Source: Candidatus Woesearchaeota archaeon (GTDB lineage: Archaea > Nanobdellota > Nanobdellia > Woesearchaeales > JABIAG01). Taken from it: a stretch of 64,000 nt of DNA. The notes beneath the pieces were generated by a model that saw nothing but the letters and a program-made list of their open reading frames with translations, did no database searches and was not told where the DNA came from. Below, piece by piece: positions 1 through 10,274 of this stretch; position 1 is the first letter of the stretch; each line of letters opens with the position of its first letter. The translations under genes were made by a program, and so were the position numbers. Location: NCBI GenBank assembly GCA_018653365.1, contig JABIAG010000001.1, positions 634,586 to 698,585 of the forward strand. The letters run 5' to 3'.

Positions 1-478
1 CCCGATCATTACCCTGCATGTAATCTGGATTAACATCATCAAATTGTTTCTTGTAAAATGAAAGATTTTCTTGCTCTTGCTGAGTTATAGTACCCTGTTG
101 AGCCTTTTCAACAAGACCTCTTACCTTATCATAAGTTTCCTCTCTTGCCAAAGAATAATTTCCAATACGACTATTAATCTCTTCTTGTGTTGGTTTGGGT
201 GCAGTTTCAGCCTTATCTTCTAACGACTCTTCCTTTTTTTCATCACGTTTAACATCTTCTTTTTTATCATCAAATAAATCTTCAACATTAACCTTTCTCA
301 ACTCAGGCTTTTTTATTCTTCTAACAACCTCATCAATCTCTTCCTGTTCAACATCATGAACAGATTGTTTTATGAGTTCTTCAGCCTCCTCTATCTCTTT
401 CTTATCCTCTTCTTGTAATTCTTTTAACCGTTTTAGTCTTTCTTTTGGCGAAAGTTCTTTAAGTTCATCAAGTGACAT
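1..478 (-). CDS. hypothetical Lys/Glu-rich protein, N-terminal part only (gene continues past the left edge)
   Basis: Absent from the ORF track because no stop lies in the window. ATG at 478-476, then open frame MSLDELKELSPKERLKRLKELQEEDKKEIEE... down to position 1. No domain recognised. Confidence 0.5.
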   Translation of the reverse strand, partial: MSLDELKELSPKERLKRLKELQEEDKKEIEEAEELIKQSVHDVEQEEIDEVVRRIKKPELRKVNVEDLFDDKKEDVKRDEKKEESLEDKAETAPKPTQEEINSRIGNYSLAREETYDKVRGLVEKAQQGTITQQEQENLSFYKKQFDDVNPDYMQGNDR

Positions 479-517
479 GATAAGAATATACGTATTAAAT
501 ATTTAAAGTTATAGTAT

Positions 518-958
518 TTATAATTGAAAGTATGGTTCCCAAACTCTAAACTCTCTTTCACCTTCTTTAGGGCAATCAGAACGATGTATCACACATCTCA
601 TAACTCTATTTTCAGCCAGGGCTGCCTCAACTGAATCGTCCCCAAACATTCTCCGAATAGTTCCAGGAACACACTCTAAAGGATTTGTACGCCGACCCGT
701 AACATCCATTATTTTATCAACCACTTTTTCTCCTTCATACGCAGCAACAACAACGCACTGACCAACTAAAGAATTAACAAGCAAAGGAAAAAACGGCTTT
801 TCTCTATGAGGTGCATAATGAGCTTCAACAGTCTCCCGACGAAGATTAGCTACAGCAATATCTGCTATTTTTTCACCACAAGGATCCAACATTCCCAACA
901 TAAACCCAGCAACACCAACCTGACTTGGGTATATCATAACAGTACTTATTTCAACCAT
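518..958 (-). CDS. ndk: nucleoside diphosphate kinase
   Basis: HYAPHREKPFF, TNPLECVPGTIRRMFG and VIHRSD match the NDK motifs HY..H..KPFF, TNP...PGTIRGDF and N.IHGSD (catalytic His). Confidence 0.85.
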   Translation of the reverse strand: MVEISTVMIYPSQVGVAGFMLGMLDPCGEKIADIAVANLRRETVEAHYAPHREKPFFPLLVNSLVGQCVVVAAYEGEKVVDKIMDVTGRRTNPLECVPGTIRRMFGDDSVEAALAENRVMRCVIHRSDCPKEGEREFRVWEPYFQL

Positions 959-1009
959 AACACAGAGAAATACACTAATACTTTTAAAGATTTACTCTAT
1001 TCAAATTGA

Positions 1010-2611
1010 CTACCAACTCAGCAAACCATGTGCCTTCTTATAATATTTGTAAAGTGTCCAGGCATGTTTTGCAGCTGCACCCTCTGCCTTCTTAGCATTT
1101 CCACTTTTAGAAGAACTTCCTCTCCACCAAGACATATTAAATGTGAACGGTTTGAACAATAAACCAAAACCCTCAAATAAAGAAGCAAAAGGTGTGAAAA
1201 CAGAATCTTGTCTAACTTTACCCTTAGCAGCATTCTCATCAACAACTTCAGCAATCTTGCCTCTTTTTAACACCCACTTCTTAGGTTTGTCTTTTTTAAC
1301 ATTATCTTCAGGACGCTCCTTATCATCTAAATATTTCTTAATATCTTCACCAAGCGTTTCCATTGCCTCTTTAATAGTATCATTAATTTCTTTTAACAAT
1401 TCAATATCTTCCTCTTCCTTCATCTTAACATAATTTTGCCATTGTTCCTTAGTCCAACCATATGCACGCAAATGCATCTCCGCCCTTCCCGTCATGGTAG
1501 ATCTTCTTTCTTGATGTCCAGGAACCCATTCAAGCTGGGGAACTGTTCGATACTCAAAATTAGCAATAATCACAGCATAAAAACCACTTTTATCAACAGT
1601 TTTATGAGCAAGAATTTCAACCTCAATCATCTCACCCTCAAACGCAGCAACTAACTCCGCAGAATCGCTTTTCTTAGCACTAGGCGAGAGACGTTTAATA
1701 TTTCTTAAATAAGGCTTCACCCAATTCATATACAAACGAATATTATTATAATGCTGACGAAGATAACTCTTGTAAAGCTTTCTATAGGTATTCAACTGTT
1801 TAAACGTACGGAACTTCCAACGATAATACTGAGAAAGTTTTCGTTCTAAAACTGTTTTCAGGGTATCATTACCAAACTCTTTACTAACTTTTGCAACATA
1901 ATCTGGCAAGTTTCTAATAATTTCATCTTCAGTTTTTCCAGCAACTTTAGCCTGAAAAAATAAGTTAGGCAAAGTAACAAAGTTATACTGTTGAGCCATT
2001 CCAAAAACCGAAGCAGGACTTTTAGGACCGCCCTCTACAAGATCTGCATACTGTCCTTTTAAAACAGTATCTCCATCCTGGGCTTTCTTAGGATCATCAC
2101 TAAAAGAGTCAGTATAATAACCTAACTTTTCATCAACAATATTCAAATCACGAATAAGTTGAAACATACTCTTAACCATGTCTGCAATGAACTTTAAGTA
2201 TTGGGAAGCACGATCTTGCTGTATTGAAATCCTCTGAGCAGAAATACCCCAATACGTGGACATTTCAGAAGCAGAAAACACATCAGTAATCTTAATAATT
2301 TGATCTTTTCTATACCCCTGATCAACAGTAAGCTGATTTAAAATCCAGAAATACATTTCTTCAACACTCATAGAATAATTTTCATACACTAATCGATTAG
2401 AATACGAAGATTGAGGATAACCTGTAAAACTCGGTTTTGATTTAAAAATAGAAGAATGTACCTCTCTCATCTCCATATCGGCAAGCTCCTCAAAATCACC
2501 ACCATAACTATCAGCAAATCGTTTCAACCCCTCCAGAGAGGTATCGTCAATTAGAGACCTACCTTTACTACTAAGAAATCCATACTTAACAAGTTGTTTA
2601 GCTTCAACCAT
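1010..2611 (-). CDS. hypothetical protein (533 aa), no domain recognised
   Basis: Long ORF whose start overlaps the stop of the YhbY-like gene by 8 nt. Same strand as the ndk gene downstream. Confidence 0.7.
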   Translation of the reverse strand: MVEAKQLVKYGFLSSKGRSLIDDTSLEGLKRFADSYGGDFEELADMEMREVHSSIFKSKPSFTGYPQSSYSNRLVYENYSMSVEEMYFWILNQLTVDQGYRKDQIIKITDVFSASEMSTYWGISAQRISIQQDRASQYLKFIADMVKSMFQLIRDLNIVDEKLGYYTDSFSDDPKKAQDGDTVLKGQYADLVEGGPKSPASVFGMAQQYNFVTLPNLFFQAKVAGKTEDEIIRNLPDYVAKVSKEFGNDTLKTVLERKLSQYYRWKFRTFKQLNTYRKLYKSYLRQHYNNIRLYMNWVKPYLRNIKRLSPSAKKSDSAELVAAFEGEMIEVEILAHKTVDKSGFYAVIIANFEYRTVPQLEWVPGHQERRSTMTGRAEMHLRAYGWTKEQWQNYVKMKEEEDIELLKEINDTIKEAMETLGEDIKKYLDDKERPEDNVKKDKPKKWVLKRGKIAEVVDENAAKGKVRQDSVFTPFASLFEGFGLLFKPFTFNMSWWRGSSSKSGNAKKAEGAAAKHAWTLYKYYKKAHGLLSW

Positions 2612-2828
2612 TTTTTATCGAAAAAACATTACCCACCAAAGTTCCTTTAACTTTTAATGTATCTTTTAATTCACTCGCTAACTGCTTTCTATCCTGATTT
2701 CCAAGTGCAGCCTTTAAAAACCTAACTTTAACTGATTTTTTAGCTTTTAAATGTTTCCTAATTTCAGACAATAAAGCAGAAGTTAACCCCTGTTTACCAA
2801 TCTGAACCCTAACGATGTCTTGTGACAT
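2604..2828 (-). CDS. YhbY/CRM-domain RNA-binding protein
   Basis: VQIGKQGLTSALLSEIRKHLKAKKSVKVRFLK resembles the YhbY core (vqIGK.GlT..v..ei...L..hELiKvk.). Confidence 0.65.
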   Translation of the reverse strand: MSQDIVRVQIGKQGLTSALLSEIRKHLKAKKSVKVRFLKAALGNQDRKQLASELKDTLKVKGTLVGNVFSIKNG

Positions 2829-4515
2829 GTTCTTGCCTCCGTTGTAGTTCGTGTAAATTTTCCAACTTGTTTTTCATAATTTCTTTAACATTGAATTTTG
2901 CTTTCTTAACCATCAAAGACAGATGTTTGCCCCCAACATAACGTGGAATAATAACATAATCGGCACCTTCTTTATATAATTTAAGCGCACCATCAACAGT
3001 TTCAGAAGTAAGAAAAATAAACCCTCGCTTATTAATTTCTTTAAATCTTCTTATTAAAAGTGCACTAGCCTGCATATCAGGAACAGTTGAAATAATCAAT
3101 TTACACTCCTTTAAATGTAAATTATCAAGAAGATCGGAATCAGTAACATCCCCATAAACACAATTAACCTTATCCTCCCTTAATTGTTGAATAACCTCTG
3201 GATTAAAATCGACAACAACAGGTATATCCTTCAACTTCTTCAGGGTTTCAAGGATACTGAATCCCAACCTATCATATCCAACCAACAGAACAAACTTCTT
3301 TCTAAACGTTTTAGGAAGATACGCAAGAGACATTTCCCTCCCTGTTTTGACAAAAGGAGAAAAAGGACGTTTAAGCTTAGAAAATATAATATTTCTATGT
3401 TGAGTAAGATAAGACGTTAAAGCAATAGTAACAATGGCAATAATCACAATCGAGGCAAAAAGATCTTGAGAAATCTGCTTGGTTGCAATACCAAAAAATG
3501 CCAGGATTAAAGCAAACTCAGAAACTTGTGATTGAGAAATTGCAGTAAGAAATGAAACCCGAGGCATATAACCAAACGCTTTTACTAAGAAAAATGTGAT
3601 TAAAGGCTTTGCCATAATAATTAAAACAAGGAATACAATAGTTGGAACAAGTAATGATGAAAGCTGTGTAAGAGGCAGCAACATTCCTAAAGAGATAAAA
3701 AAAAGCATTGCAAAAAAATCTTTTAACGGAGAAATTCTTGAAATTATTTCCAGATTATACGGTAAGTTAGCTAGTGCCAAACCTGCAATAAACGCCCCAA
3801 TCCCAAGAGCCTCTGCTGAAATGAAAAATCCAAACAAAGAAGCAAAAAAGAGACAAAGTGCAATTGCCGTAATCAATAACAATTCTTGTGACTCTGCAAC
3901 AAACTTGAAAAGCTTTGGAAAAACAAATTTTGAAAGCAAATAAACTCCTCCCAAAATAGCCACAATAATCAGAGCCAACCAACCCAGCCTACCAATGGAA
4001 AAATCTTGATAGGATGAAAGCAAAATAAAAGCAACAATTGCAAACACATCCTGAACTATTAACAAACCCAAACCAATCTTACCATGCAAAGAATCCAATT
4101 CATTTTTATCAGAGAGCAATTTAACAATAACCATAGTTGAAGAAAAAGATAAAACTAACCCCATATAAACCGAACTTATACTTGTAAAACCAAACGCTTT
4201 TGAAACAGCAAAACCTAAAGCAAAAAGTAAACCCACTAAAATCGAACCACCCAAAATAGAAACCTTAGTAACATTCTTTAATCTAGTGAAATCTAGTTCT
4301 AACCCTGCAATGAAAAGTAAGAAGACAATTCCAAATTGTGAAATTGCAGAAACAAAAGCATCATTATGAAGTATATTAAAAACAGGAACTAATAAAATAC
4401 CCGTAATAATATAAACCGGAATTAATGGCTGCTTAAACATCTTAGCAAAAAAAGCTAAAATAGCCACTGCAACAAAAATTATTGTCAAATCTAAAAAAAT
4501 ACTACCTGTCAGCAT
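2809..4515 (-). CDS. CPA2-family monovalent cation:proton antiporter with C-terminal TrkA-N/RCK domain (Kef-like)
   Basis: About 12 hydrophobic segments. N-terminus KQPLIPVYIITGILLVP is typical of CPA2. C-terminal Rossmann segment FVLLVGYDRLGFSILETLKK. Confidence 0.85.
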   Translation of the reverse strand: MLTGSIFLDLTIIFVAVAILAFFAKMFKQPLIPVYIITGILLVPVFNILHNDAFVSAISQFGIVFLLFIAGLELDFTRLKNVTKVSILGGSILVGLLFALGFAVSKAFGFTSISSVYMGLVLSFSSTMVIVKLLSDKNELDSLHGKIGLGLLIVQDVFAIVAFILLSSYQDFSIGRLGWLALIIVAILGGVYLLSKFVFPKLFKFVAESQELLLITAIALCLFFASLFGFFISAEALGIGAFIAGLALANLPYNLEIISRISPLKDFFAMLFFISLGMLLPLTQLSSLLVPTIVFLVLIIMAKPLITFFLVKAFGYMPRVSFLTAISQSQVSEFALILAFFGIATKQISQDLFASIVIIAIVTIALTSYLTQHRNIIFSKLKRPFSPFVKTGREMSLAYLPKTFRKKFVLLVGYDRLGFSILETLKKLKDIPVVVDFNPEVIQQLREDKVNCVYGDVTDSDLLDNLHLKECKLIISTVPDMQASALLIRRFKEINKRGFIFLTSETVDGALKLYKEGADYVIIPRYVGGKHLSLMVKKAKFNVKEIMKNKLENLHELQRRQEHVTRHR

Positions 4516-4574
4516 TAACTCACCTCTCCTATGCCTGAATATTGCACTAATGGTTTAAATAGTTTGTTATTTTA

Positions 4575-5390
4575 TTACTTTTTCATTTTAAAACTTCCTG
4601 CAGGGAGAGCTCGAATTATCTCATCCAAGTCACCATCAAGAACGTGTTGAATCTTTTTTGCAATAGATGATGCCTTTTCCTCACCCTGAAGTAATTGAAC
4701 TGATTGAGTGCAGTGCTTCTTGATTGCATCACAAGGACCTGCCATGATTGCGTTATCTTTTGTAAGTCCAATACAAAGATTTGTTTTATTCTCAACATAA
4801 GTAGTCTTACCATAAATCATAAACGCGCCCTTAGCTAAATGGGTTGTTCCAGACTCTTGTTTCTTCGATACTTGTTCAGGATCAACATAAAACACATCCT
4901 GAGACTGCAATCCTAATTTCCAAGCACGAGAGAAGGTTGCTGTTGCATCTGCCACCTCTCTTAAAGTTGCTTTAGTTGGCTTTTTATTTTTTGTTTTCAG
5001 TACAAAAAACGGACTCCCTGCCATATCAGTATGAAATACCAAATCACCAGGTTCTGCATGCTTTTTAATCACAATCTCATTAGAGGTTGCATCTCTTCCC
5101 CCAACCACAAGAAGATTAGTTGAGGTATAAAACCATCGAAACTTTTCAAACCACTCTTTTTTTCGATCTTTAAATTTTGCTTCTTGTTCTTGCCTTTCTT
5201 TTTCTTTCTTTTCAAACAGGTCTTTTTCTTTTAGAAGTTTAGTTAATTCTTTTTCTGTTTTTTTAACAACCTCTTCAGCCCCAATAATTTTTCTTTTAGC
5301 CTTCTTAGACTTCTCAAAATAAATCGCAGCATTCTGATTTACAGTTTTATTAAGATCAATAGTAACATCCATACAAACTAATAACCTCAC
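4575..5390 (-). CDS. NFACT-R (DUF814) domain protein, short Rqc2/FbpA-like
   Basis: WFEKFRWFYTSTNLLVVGGRDATSNEIVIKKHAEPGDLVFHTDMAGSPFFVLK matches the DUF814 core. The true start may be the internal Met (MDVTIDL). Confidence 0.7.
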   Translation of the reverse strand: MRLLVCMDVTIDLNKTVNQNAAIYFEKSKKAKRKIIGAEEVVKKTEKELTKLLKEKDLFEKKEKERQEQEAKFKDRKKEWFEKFRWFYTSTNLLVVGGRDATSNEIVIKKHAEPGDLVFHTDMAGSPFFVLKTKNKKPTKATLREVADATATFSRAWKLGLQSQDVFYVDPEQVSKKQESGTTHLAKGAFMIYGKTTYVENKTNLCIGLTKDNAIMAGPCDAIKKHCTQSVQLLQGEEKASSIAKKIQHVLDGDLDEIIRALPAGSFKMKK

Positions 5391-5412
5391 TACAATTTAA
5401 AGTTTACTGAAG

Positions 5413-5862
5413 TTACTGCATCACAAACAGAGGAGAAGACTGATCAACCTGTCTAAACGTAGAATCACAAATACTAGAACCAATTTGAGGAATAACTTTA
5501 ACCTCATAAACACTCGAAATTTTCTGCGTATCAATCAGGAGATTCATAACACCCACTTCGTAAGGAAGGATGGTTTGAGAAATTCTTTCAGAATAACCCT
5601 CAGTGTAAGATTCATCAAATAGTTTAATCAAAAACCCATCAATCTGAAAATCACCATTATCCACAATAATTTTCAATTCGTTAGTGTTTTGATTATAATT
5701 AACTCTCTTTAAATCATAAGAAACTTCACTACAAGAAGCAGACAAAGGATCTGCTTGAGAAACATAATCTTGTCCAAGACTCATAACAATAGAACCTAAA
5801 GCAACAGAAACTGCAATAAGAAAAATAGTTGCAATCAACGGTGAAACTGCTCTCTCATTCAT
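5413..5862 (-). CDS. archaeal type IV pilin-like protein (class III signal peptide)
   Basis: N-terminus MNERAVSPLIATIFLIAVSVALGSIV matches the archaeal pilin N-terminal motif (rAvSPvIg...). ATGA start/stop overlap with the upstream small membrane ORF. Confidence 0.75.
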   Translation of the reverse strand: MNERAVSPLIATIFLIAVSVALGSIVMSLGQDYVSQADPLSASCSEVSYDLKRVNYNQNTNELKIIVDNGDFQIDGFLIKLFDESYTEGYSERISQTILPYEVGVMNLLIDTQKISSVYEVKVIPQIGSSICDSTFRQVDQSSPLFVMQ

Positions 5863-6056
5863 TTATGTCTTGCCTCCTCAAAAAATACTAAACATCCCAC
5901 AAGGACGATTACTGAAATAATTGCTTTACTAAAGCTAAAACCCCCTTCAACAGGAGCTGTCGCGTGACCGGTGTAAGCTCGTACAAGCAGCATACCTCCA
6001 AAAGCAATAACCAAAGCAATCAGAGCGAATGCATAGTGATGCTTCACATGATCCAT
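5859..6056 (-). CDS. small membrane protein (2 TM)
   Basis: Two hydrophobic helices. Stop overlaps the pilin start (ATGA at 5862-5859). Confidence 0.5.
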   Translation of the reverse strand: MDHVKHHYAFALIALVIAFGGMLLVRAYTGHATAPVEGGFSFSKAIISVIVLVGCLVFFEEARHK

Positions 6057-6130
6057 AAAAAAACAATTGCAGAGCTAATATATAAACTTTTTTAAAAGTT
6101 TACGTGCAAAATCAAGTAAGAATATCAAAT

Positions 6131-6171
6131 AAAAAAAATAAAAAATGCTCAGAAACATTTAGTTTCTGGCA
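6131..6171 (-). terminator. hairpin plus U-tract terminator-like element, copy A of a conserved element
   Basis: On the minus strand: GUGCCAGAAAC-UAAAU-GUUUCUGAGCA followed by UUUUUUAUUUUUUUU. It begins 14 nt after the stop of the 6186..6542 gene. A near-identical element lies at 34037-34070. Confidence 0.6.
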
Positions 6172-6185
6172 CGACCAAAGTCGAA

Positions 6186-6542
6186 TTATTTAGTTTTAGA
6201 TAAGCGCCAAACATTCTTAATACAAACTACAATCACTGCCGGAACAGTAAAAGCAAGCATTGCAGAAAATAGGTCAGCTAAAACAAATCCAACATATGCA
6301 ACAGATCTTAGTAGAGTAATGCTTAAAGAAGCAACAATTACTAAAACTACTGTTGTTAACAAAAACTCTCTTGTTTCTTTACCTGTAATGTTAACCATAC
6401 CAACAACTATACCTAACAAAATCAATAAAGAAGTTAGTGCTGTTTGTGTGCCTGTACTAAATTTTGCCGAACTAGCTATTCCTAAAATAATTGCTAAAAG
6501 AATACCTATAACGAAAGAATAATGTCCAAATCTTTTATCCAT
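6186..6542 (-). CDS. membrane protein (about 4 TM)
   Basis: 118-aa hydrophobic ORF followed by the terminator-like hairpin. Confidence 0.6.
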   Translation of the reverse strand: MDKRFGHYSFVIGILLAIILGIASSAKFSTGTQTALTSLLILLGIVVGMVNITGKETREFLLTTVVLVIVASLSITLLRSVAYVGFVLADLFSAMLAFTVPAVIVVCIKNVWRLSKTK

Positions 6543-6645
6543 TGTGTATCACCCCACTCATTATCAAAAGGCAACATATATAAATGTTTATAACTATGTT
6601 AAAGTAATAATACAAATTTATAAATAAACGAGTGTAAGAAAAAAG

Positions 6646-7992
6646 ATGGGTGTTTTTAAAGATAAAGAATCTGCTTTTGGAGCGTATGACGTTAGAGGCA
6701 TATATCCGACTCAAGTAAATGAATGGTTAGTGCAACAAATTGCAAACGCATTTCCATCCATTGTAAAAACAAAGAAAGTATTAGTTGGATACGATGCAAG
6801 AAATTCTTCAAAAGATTTAGTAAACGCAACAATCGAAGGGCTTAGACTTACAGGAGTTGATGTTTATGACATCGGACTTTGTACCTCGCCCAAATTTTAT
6901 TTTGCTTCTGCATTTTATAACTTCAAGGGAGGGATAATGATCACCGCATCCCACAACCCAAAAGACCAAAACGGAATGAAATTTGTAACAAGCAAAGCAT
7001 TTCCACTCTCATTCAAGCAATTAAAAAAACTTGAAAGTAAAGTGAGAGAGAAATTAAGAATTACAAAAAAAAAGGGGCAACACATAAAACTAAATTCTGA
7101 TGAAGAATATGAAACATTTCTAAACTCAAATTGCAAAATTAAACGCAAACTAAAAATTGTTATTGATGCAAGCAACGGACTTGGCGGAAAAGAGATAGAA
7201 AAAGCATTAAGTAAACAAGACCTAATAAAATTAAACTTCAAACCTGATGGGAATTTTCCTGCACACACTCCAAACCCAATAAAAAAAGCGACCTTAAAAG
7301 AGTTAATAAAAACAGTTAAATCACGAAAAGCAGACCTTGGCCTGGCATTTGATGGAGATGCAGATAGAGTAGTATTTATTGACGAAACAGGGACGCCAAT
7401 AAAGGGAGATTACATAATGGCATTGTTTATTGATGAACTTGCTGAGAAAAAAGACAGGATAGTTGTAGATTTACGATTAAGCAAGATACTAGAAGAACTT
7501 GCTAAAACAAAAAAAGCCAAAATAGTTAGAAGCCGAGTTGGACACACCTTCTTAAGTAGAATAATGCGAAAGAAAAAAGCACTATTAGGCGGAGAACTAT
7601 CAGGGCACTACTATTTTAGAGAAAACTACTATGCTGACTCAGCACTCCTAACCACATTAAAAGTATTAAACATCCTATCTAAAAATAAAAAACCCCTCTC
7701 TTTACTAGTGAAAAAATTTCAAAAAACATTCCTTTCAGATGAAATTAACTTCGAGGTAGAAGATAAAGAAAAAGTGCTGAAAAAGTTTAAACAATTTGAA
7801 GGAAAGAAAAACTATCTAGATGGAGTAAGCGTAGTTTGTGAAGATTATAGATTTAATGTTAGAAAATCAAACACCCAAAACTTAATTAGATTCAGAGGGG
7901 AAGCAGAAAGTATGGCCGAACTTAAAGAGACAATAAATAAAGTAAAAAAAACAGTTGGTGTTTCGTATAAAAAAATCAGTTATCACTTTTAA
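6646..7992 (+). CDS. phosphomannomutase/phosphoglucomutase family (alpha-D-phosphohexomutase)
   Basis: Active-site loop ITASHNPKDQNGMKF and metal loop GLAFDGDADRV. TATA-like TTTATAAATA about 30 nt upstream. Confidence 0.9.
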   Translation: MGVFKDKESAFGAYDVRGIYPTQVNEWLVQQIANAFPSIVKTKKVLVGYDARNSSKDLVNATIEGLRLTGVDVYDIGLCTSPKFYFASAFYNFKGGIMITASHNPKDQNGMKFVTSKAFPLSFKQLKKLESKVREKLRITKKKGQHIKLNSDEEYETFLNSNCKIKRKLKIVIDASNGLGGKEIEKALSKQDLIKLNFKPDGNFPAHTPNPIKKATLKELIKTVKSRKADLGLAFDGDADRVVFIDETGTPIKGDYIMALFIDELAEKKDRIVVDLRLSKILEELAKTKKAKIVRSRVGHTFLSRIMRKKKALLGGELSGHYYFRENYYADSALLTTLKVLNILSKNKKPLSLLVKKFQKTFLSDEINFEVEDKEKVLKKFKQFEGKKNYLDGVSVVCEDYRFNVRKSNTQNLIRFRGEAESMAELKETINKVKKTVGVSYKKISYHF

Positions 7993-8045
7993 TAATTGCT
8001 GCACAAACCATAAAAACATAAAAAGCAACCAATCAATTTTTAATC

Positions 8046-9281
8046 ATGTACATAGCAGACTTACATATACACGGAAGATTTTCTAGAGGTACTTCAAAAG
8101 ATCTAACAATAAAAAATCTAGAAAAATATGCAAGACTAAAAGGTACAGACCTACTTGGAACAGGGGACTTTACTCATCCTGAATGGATAGAAGAAATAAA
8201 AGCAGACCTAACAGAACAAGGAAACGGAATTCTTGAAACAAAAACAGGTTACCCCTTCCTACTAACAAGTGAGATAGCGCTAGTTTATACAGACGAAGGC
8301 AAGGGGAGACGAGTACACAACATAATTCTTGCACCAGATCTTGGAACAGTAGAACAGATAACTGAATGGTTAAAATCAAAAGGAAGAATAGACTATGATG
8401 GCAGGCCCATCTTCAAAATTCCTTGTGAAGAATTCGTTGAAAAATTAACAGAAATAAATCCAAAAGTTGAGGTAATACCTGCACACATTTGGACCCCCTG
8501 GTTCAGCATGTTTGGATCAAAATCAGGATTTGATACTGTAAAAGAATGTTTTAAAGATCAAACACACAAAATACATGCAATAGAAACAGGCCTGAGTAGC
8601 GATCCACAAATGAACTGGAGACTAAGCCAACTAGACAAGTACACCAAAGTTAGTTTTTCCGACCTACATAGTTTTTGGCCCTGGAGAATGGGAAGAGAGG
8701 CAACATTATTCAACGGAGAAAAGAGTTATGATTCGATTTTGACACAACTAAAAGAAAACTCAATTCAGGGAACAATAGAGGTTGAACCTGCATATGGAAA
8801 ATATCATTACGATGGACACAGAAATTGTAATGTAGTAATGTCCCCAAAAGAGAGTCAAAACGCAGGCGGGCTTTGTCCGAAATGTGGAAAACAACTAACA
8901 ATTGGGGTAGAATACCGAGTAGAAGAATTAGCTGATCGTGAAGAAGGATACGTTCCAAAAGATGCTCCTGAAGTTTTCAAACTAATCCCCTTATCTGAAT
9001 TAATCTCTGCAGTTTACAAAAAAGGAGTTGCAACCAAAACAGTTTGGGAAGTCTACAACTCCTTTGTTAAAGACAAAACAGAATTTGAAATATTATTAAA
9101 TGAACCCTTTGAAGAACTTGCAAAAATAGATGCAAAATTAGCTAAAGCAATCATAATGAACAGAGAGGGAAAAATAAGAGTTAAACCAGGATATGATGGA
9201 GTTTATGGTGAACCCTTATTTAATGGAGAAAAAATTAAACTAACAAAAGCACAAGAGAAACAAGAAAAATTAAATTGTTAA
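8046..9281 (+). CDS. PHP-domain nuclease, endonuclease Q-like
   Basis: N-terminus ADLHIHGRFSRGTS...LLGTGDFTHPEW is PHP-type and resembles my recollection of archaeal EndoQ. C-terminal zinc ribbon CPKCGKQLTIGVEYRV. Confidence 0.55.
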   Translation: MYIADLHIHGRFSRGTSKDLTIKNLEKYARLKGTDLLGTGDFTHPEWIEEIKADLTEQGNGILETKTGYPFLLTSEIALVYTDEGKGRRVHNIILAPDLGTVEQITEWLKSKGRIDYDGRPIFKIPCEEFVEKLTEINPKVEVIPAHIWTPWFSMFGSKSGFDTVKECFKDQTHKIHAIETGLSSDPQMNWRLSQLDKYTKVSFSDLHSFWPWRMGREATLFNGEKSYDSILTQLKENSIQGTIEVEPAYGKYHYDGHRNCNVVMSPKESQNAGGLCPKCGKQLTIGVEYRVEELADREEGYVPKDAPEVFKLIPLSELISAVYKKGVATKTVWEVYNSFVKDKTEFEILLNEPFEELAKIDAKLAKAIIMNREGKIRVKPGYDGVYGEPLFNGEKIKLTKAQEKQEKLNC

Positions 9282-9411
9282 AAAAGTAAAAAAGTTTATA
9301 CCGTCTCATTGCATTCATAGAATAAATTTTTTACCAAAAATTTATACGCCATCACTGACGTTCTGTGCCTAAACTTTTAAAAAAGTTTATAAACTATAAA
9401 TTCTAAAATAT

Positions 9412-9711
9412 ATGATGGTAAACAAAAAAAATCCACTAAGCAGCTTAATTTCTGACATGGTAAATGAAGCCATAATAAGTTTTGTAGGTACAATAAGAAC
9501 CCAGGTACTAAAACCGTTTCCAAACCTAATCAAAAAAATATCAAAAAAAGTAATGCAAAAATATGTTATAATGGCTGTATTCGGACTAGCAGGAATACTC
9601 CTAATCGGATTCGGAATTGCAGAATACCTATATCAATGGCTCTATGAATGGGCATACATACTAATTGGTTTACTACTCATACTAATTGGGTACTTACAAT
9701 TTAAGAGGTGA
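9412..9711 (+). CDS. small membrane protein
   Basis: 99-aa ORF with two C-terminal hydrophobic helices. Ends in TGA. Confidence 0.5.
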   Translation: MMVNKKNPLSSLISDMVNEAIISFVGTIRTQVLKPFPNLIKKISKKVMQKYVIMAVFGLAGILLIGFGIAEYLYQWLYEWAYILIGLLLILIGYLQFKR

Positions 9712-9714
9712 AAA

Positions 9715-9855
9715 ATGGCAAAGAAAAAAGCAACAAAAGGTGCAGTAAAAAAAGTAATGCAAAGTAAAGCAGCTCAAGACCTAATTAAAAAAGAGAGAGC
9801 AATAATTGGTGATCTGCTAGTAGAACTTGGAAAAGCACTAAAGAAAAAGAAATAA
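9715..9855 (+). CDS. small Lys-rich protein (46 aa)
   Basis: Below the ORF-track cutoff. ATG at 9715 is preceded by GAGGTGA, which overlaps the previous stop. Sequence MAKKKATKGAVKKVMQSKAAQDLIKKERAIIGDLLVELGKALKKKK. Confidence 0.4.
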   Translation: MAKKKATKGAVKKVMQSKAAQDLIKKERAIIGDLLVELGKALKKKK

Positions 9856-10233
9856 TTATTTTATAATCAATCTTCCTTTATTTTGTTCTTTTATTAAACC
9901 ATACTCAAAGGTTCCTTCTTTGGTTGCTTTAAAATAAAAGTTAGCGCGTCCATTAACCAAACGCTCCTCACCATAACCTTCTACCAAAAAAACATCAGTT
10001 CGATTATCATGATCAAAAACATTCAAAATAACAATAGAGTTCTGTGGAATATTAAGTGAATCAGGATTGATCACACCACTATTTAATTCAACAGTAAACT
10101 CACTAGCATAAACTGCATCAGAAGAAACAATGTTTCCAGTGATTCCACTAGTTGTAGTCTGACCCTCAGATGAACATCCAACTAACAAAAGAATTGGTAA
10201 TAATATCAATAAATACTTCATTTTGTCCCCCAT
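9856..10233 (-). CDS. putative lipoprotein, cupredoxin-like beta-sandwich without obvious Cu ligands
   Basis: Signal peptide ending in the lipobox LLVGC|SS. The remainder (IPQNSIVILNVFDHD...EGTFEYG) resembles cupredoxin-like domains but lacks the ligand Cys. Confidence 0.6.
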   Translation of the reverse strand: MGDKMKYLLILLPILLLVGCSSEGQTTTSGITGNIVSSDAVYASEFTVELNSGVINPDSLNIPQNSIVILNVFDHDNRTDVFLVEGYGEERLVNGRANFYFKATKEGTFEYGLIKEQNKGRLIIK

Positions 10234-10274
10234 ACTTAATGTAAATAATTAGATTTTATAAAGATTATTATACT